Of a DNA stretch of 64,000 bases, positions 63,957 to 64,000 are shown in pieces. The position numbers were made by a program, and so were the translations under genes. Where the stretch lies: contig BFEA01000023.1 in assembly GCA_003427395.1 (NCBI GenBank), forward strand, positions 4,590,981 to 4,654,980, in the 5' to 3' direction. The notes under the pieces are model-generated. The model was not told the DNA's origin. It made no database searches and saw only the letters and a list, made by a program, of their open reading frames with translations. Position 1 is the stretch's first letter; the number at the start of each line of letters is the position of its first letter. This stretch comes from Chara braunii. Lineage: Eukaryota > Plantae > Charophyceae.

Positions 63957-64000
63957 GTTGTCAAATTAGACACAAGATTGAATTTACCTGGGCTGGTTAA

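Overview
Eukaryotic, repeat-rich genomic DNA with long introns and ten N gaps. It is probably a charophyte alga such as Chara braunii; this is inferred from plant-type SerRS and U6 sequences, the intron sizes and a Gag-like remnant that resembles Chara repeat proteins as I recall them. Two host genes converge: the last coding exon of 2-oxoglutarate dehydrogenase E1 (+, 7568-7813) and a ~21 kb multi-exon cytosolic seryl-tRNA synthetase (-, 42603 to ~21423; seven exons located, one or two not found and probably in gaps). The rest is mobile DNA: a decayed L1/Tx1-type LINE, a decayed Gag-like retroelement with repeat arrays upstream, several MITE families (pogo/Tc1-like, Mutator-like, PIF/Harbinger-like, hAT-like, often nested), satellites and microsatellites. 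A Nextera mate-pair adapter is embedded at 7112-7149, an assembly artefact. The most notable observation is at least five decayed, A-tailed U6 snRNA copies plus a scrambled fragment within ~16 kb. Four of them share a short 5' flank, which points to a high-copy U6-derived, SINE-like retroposon family.
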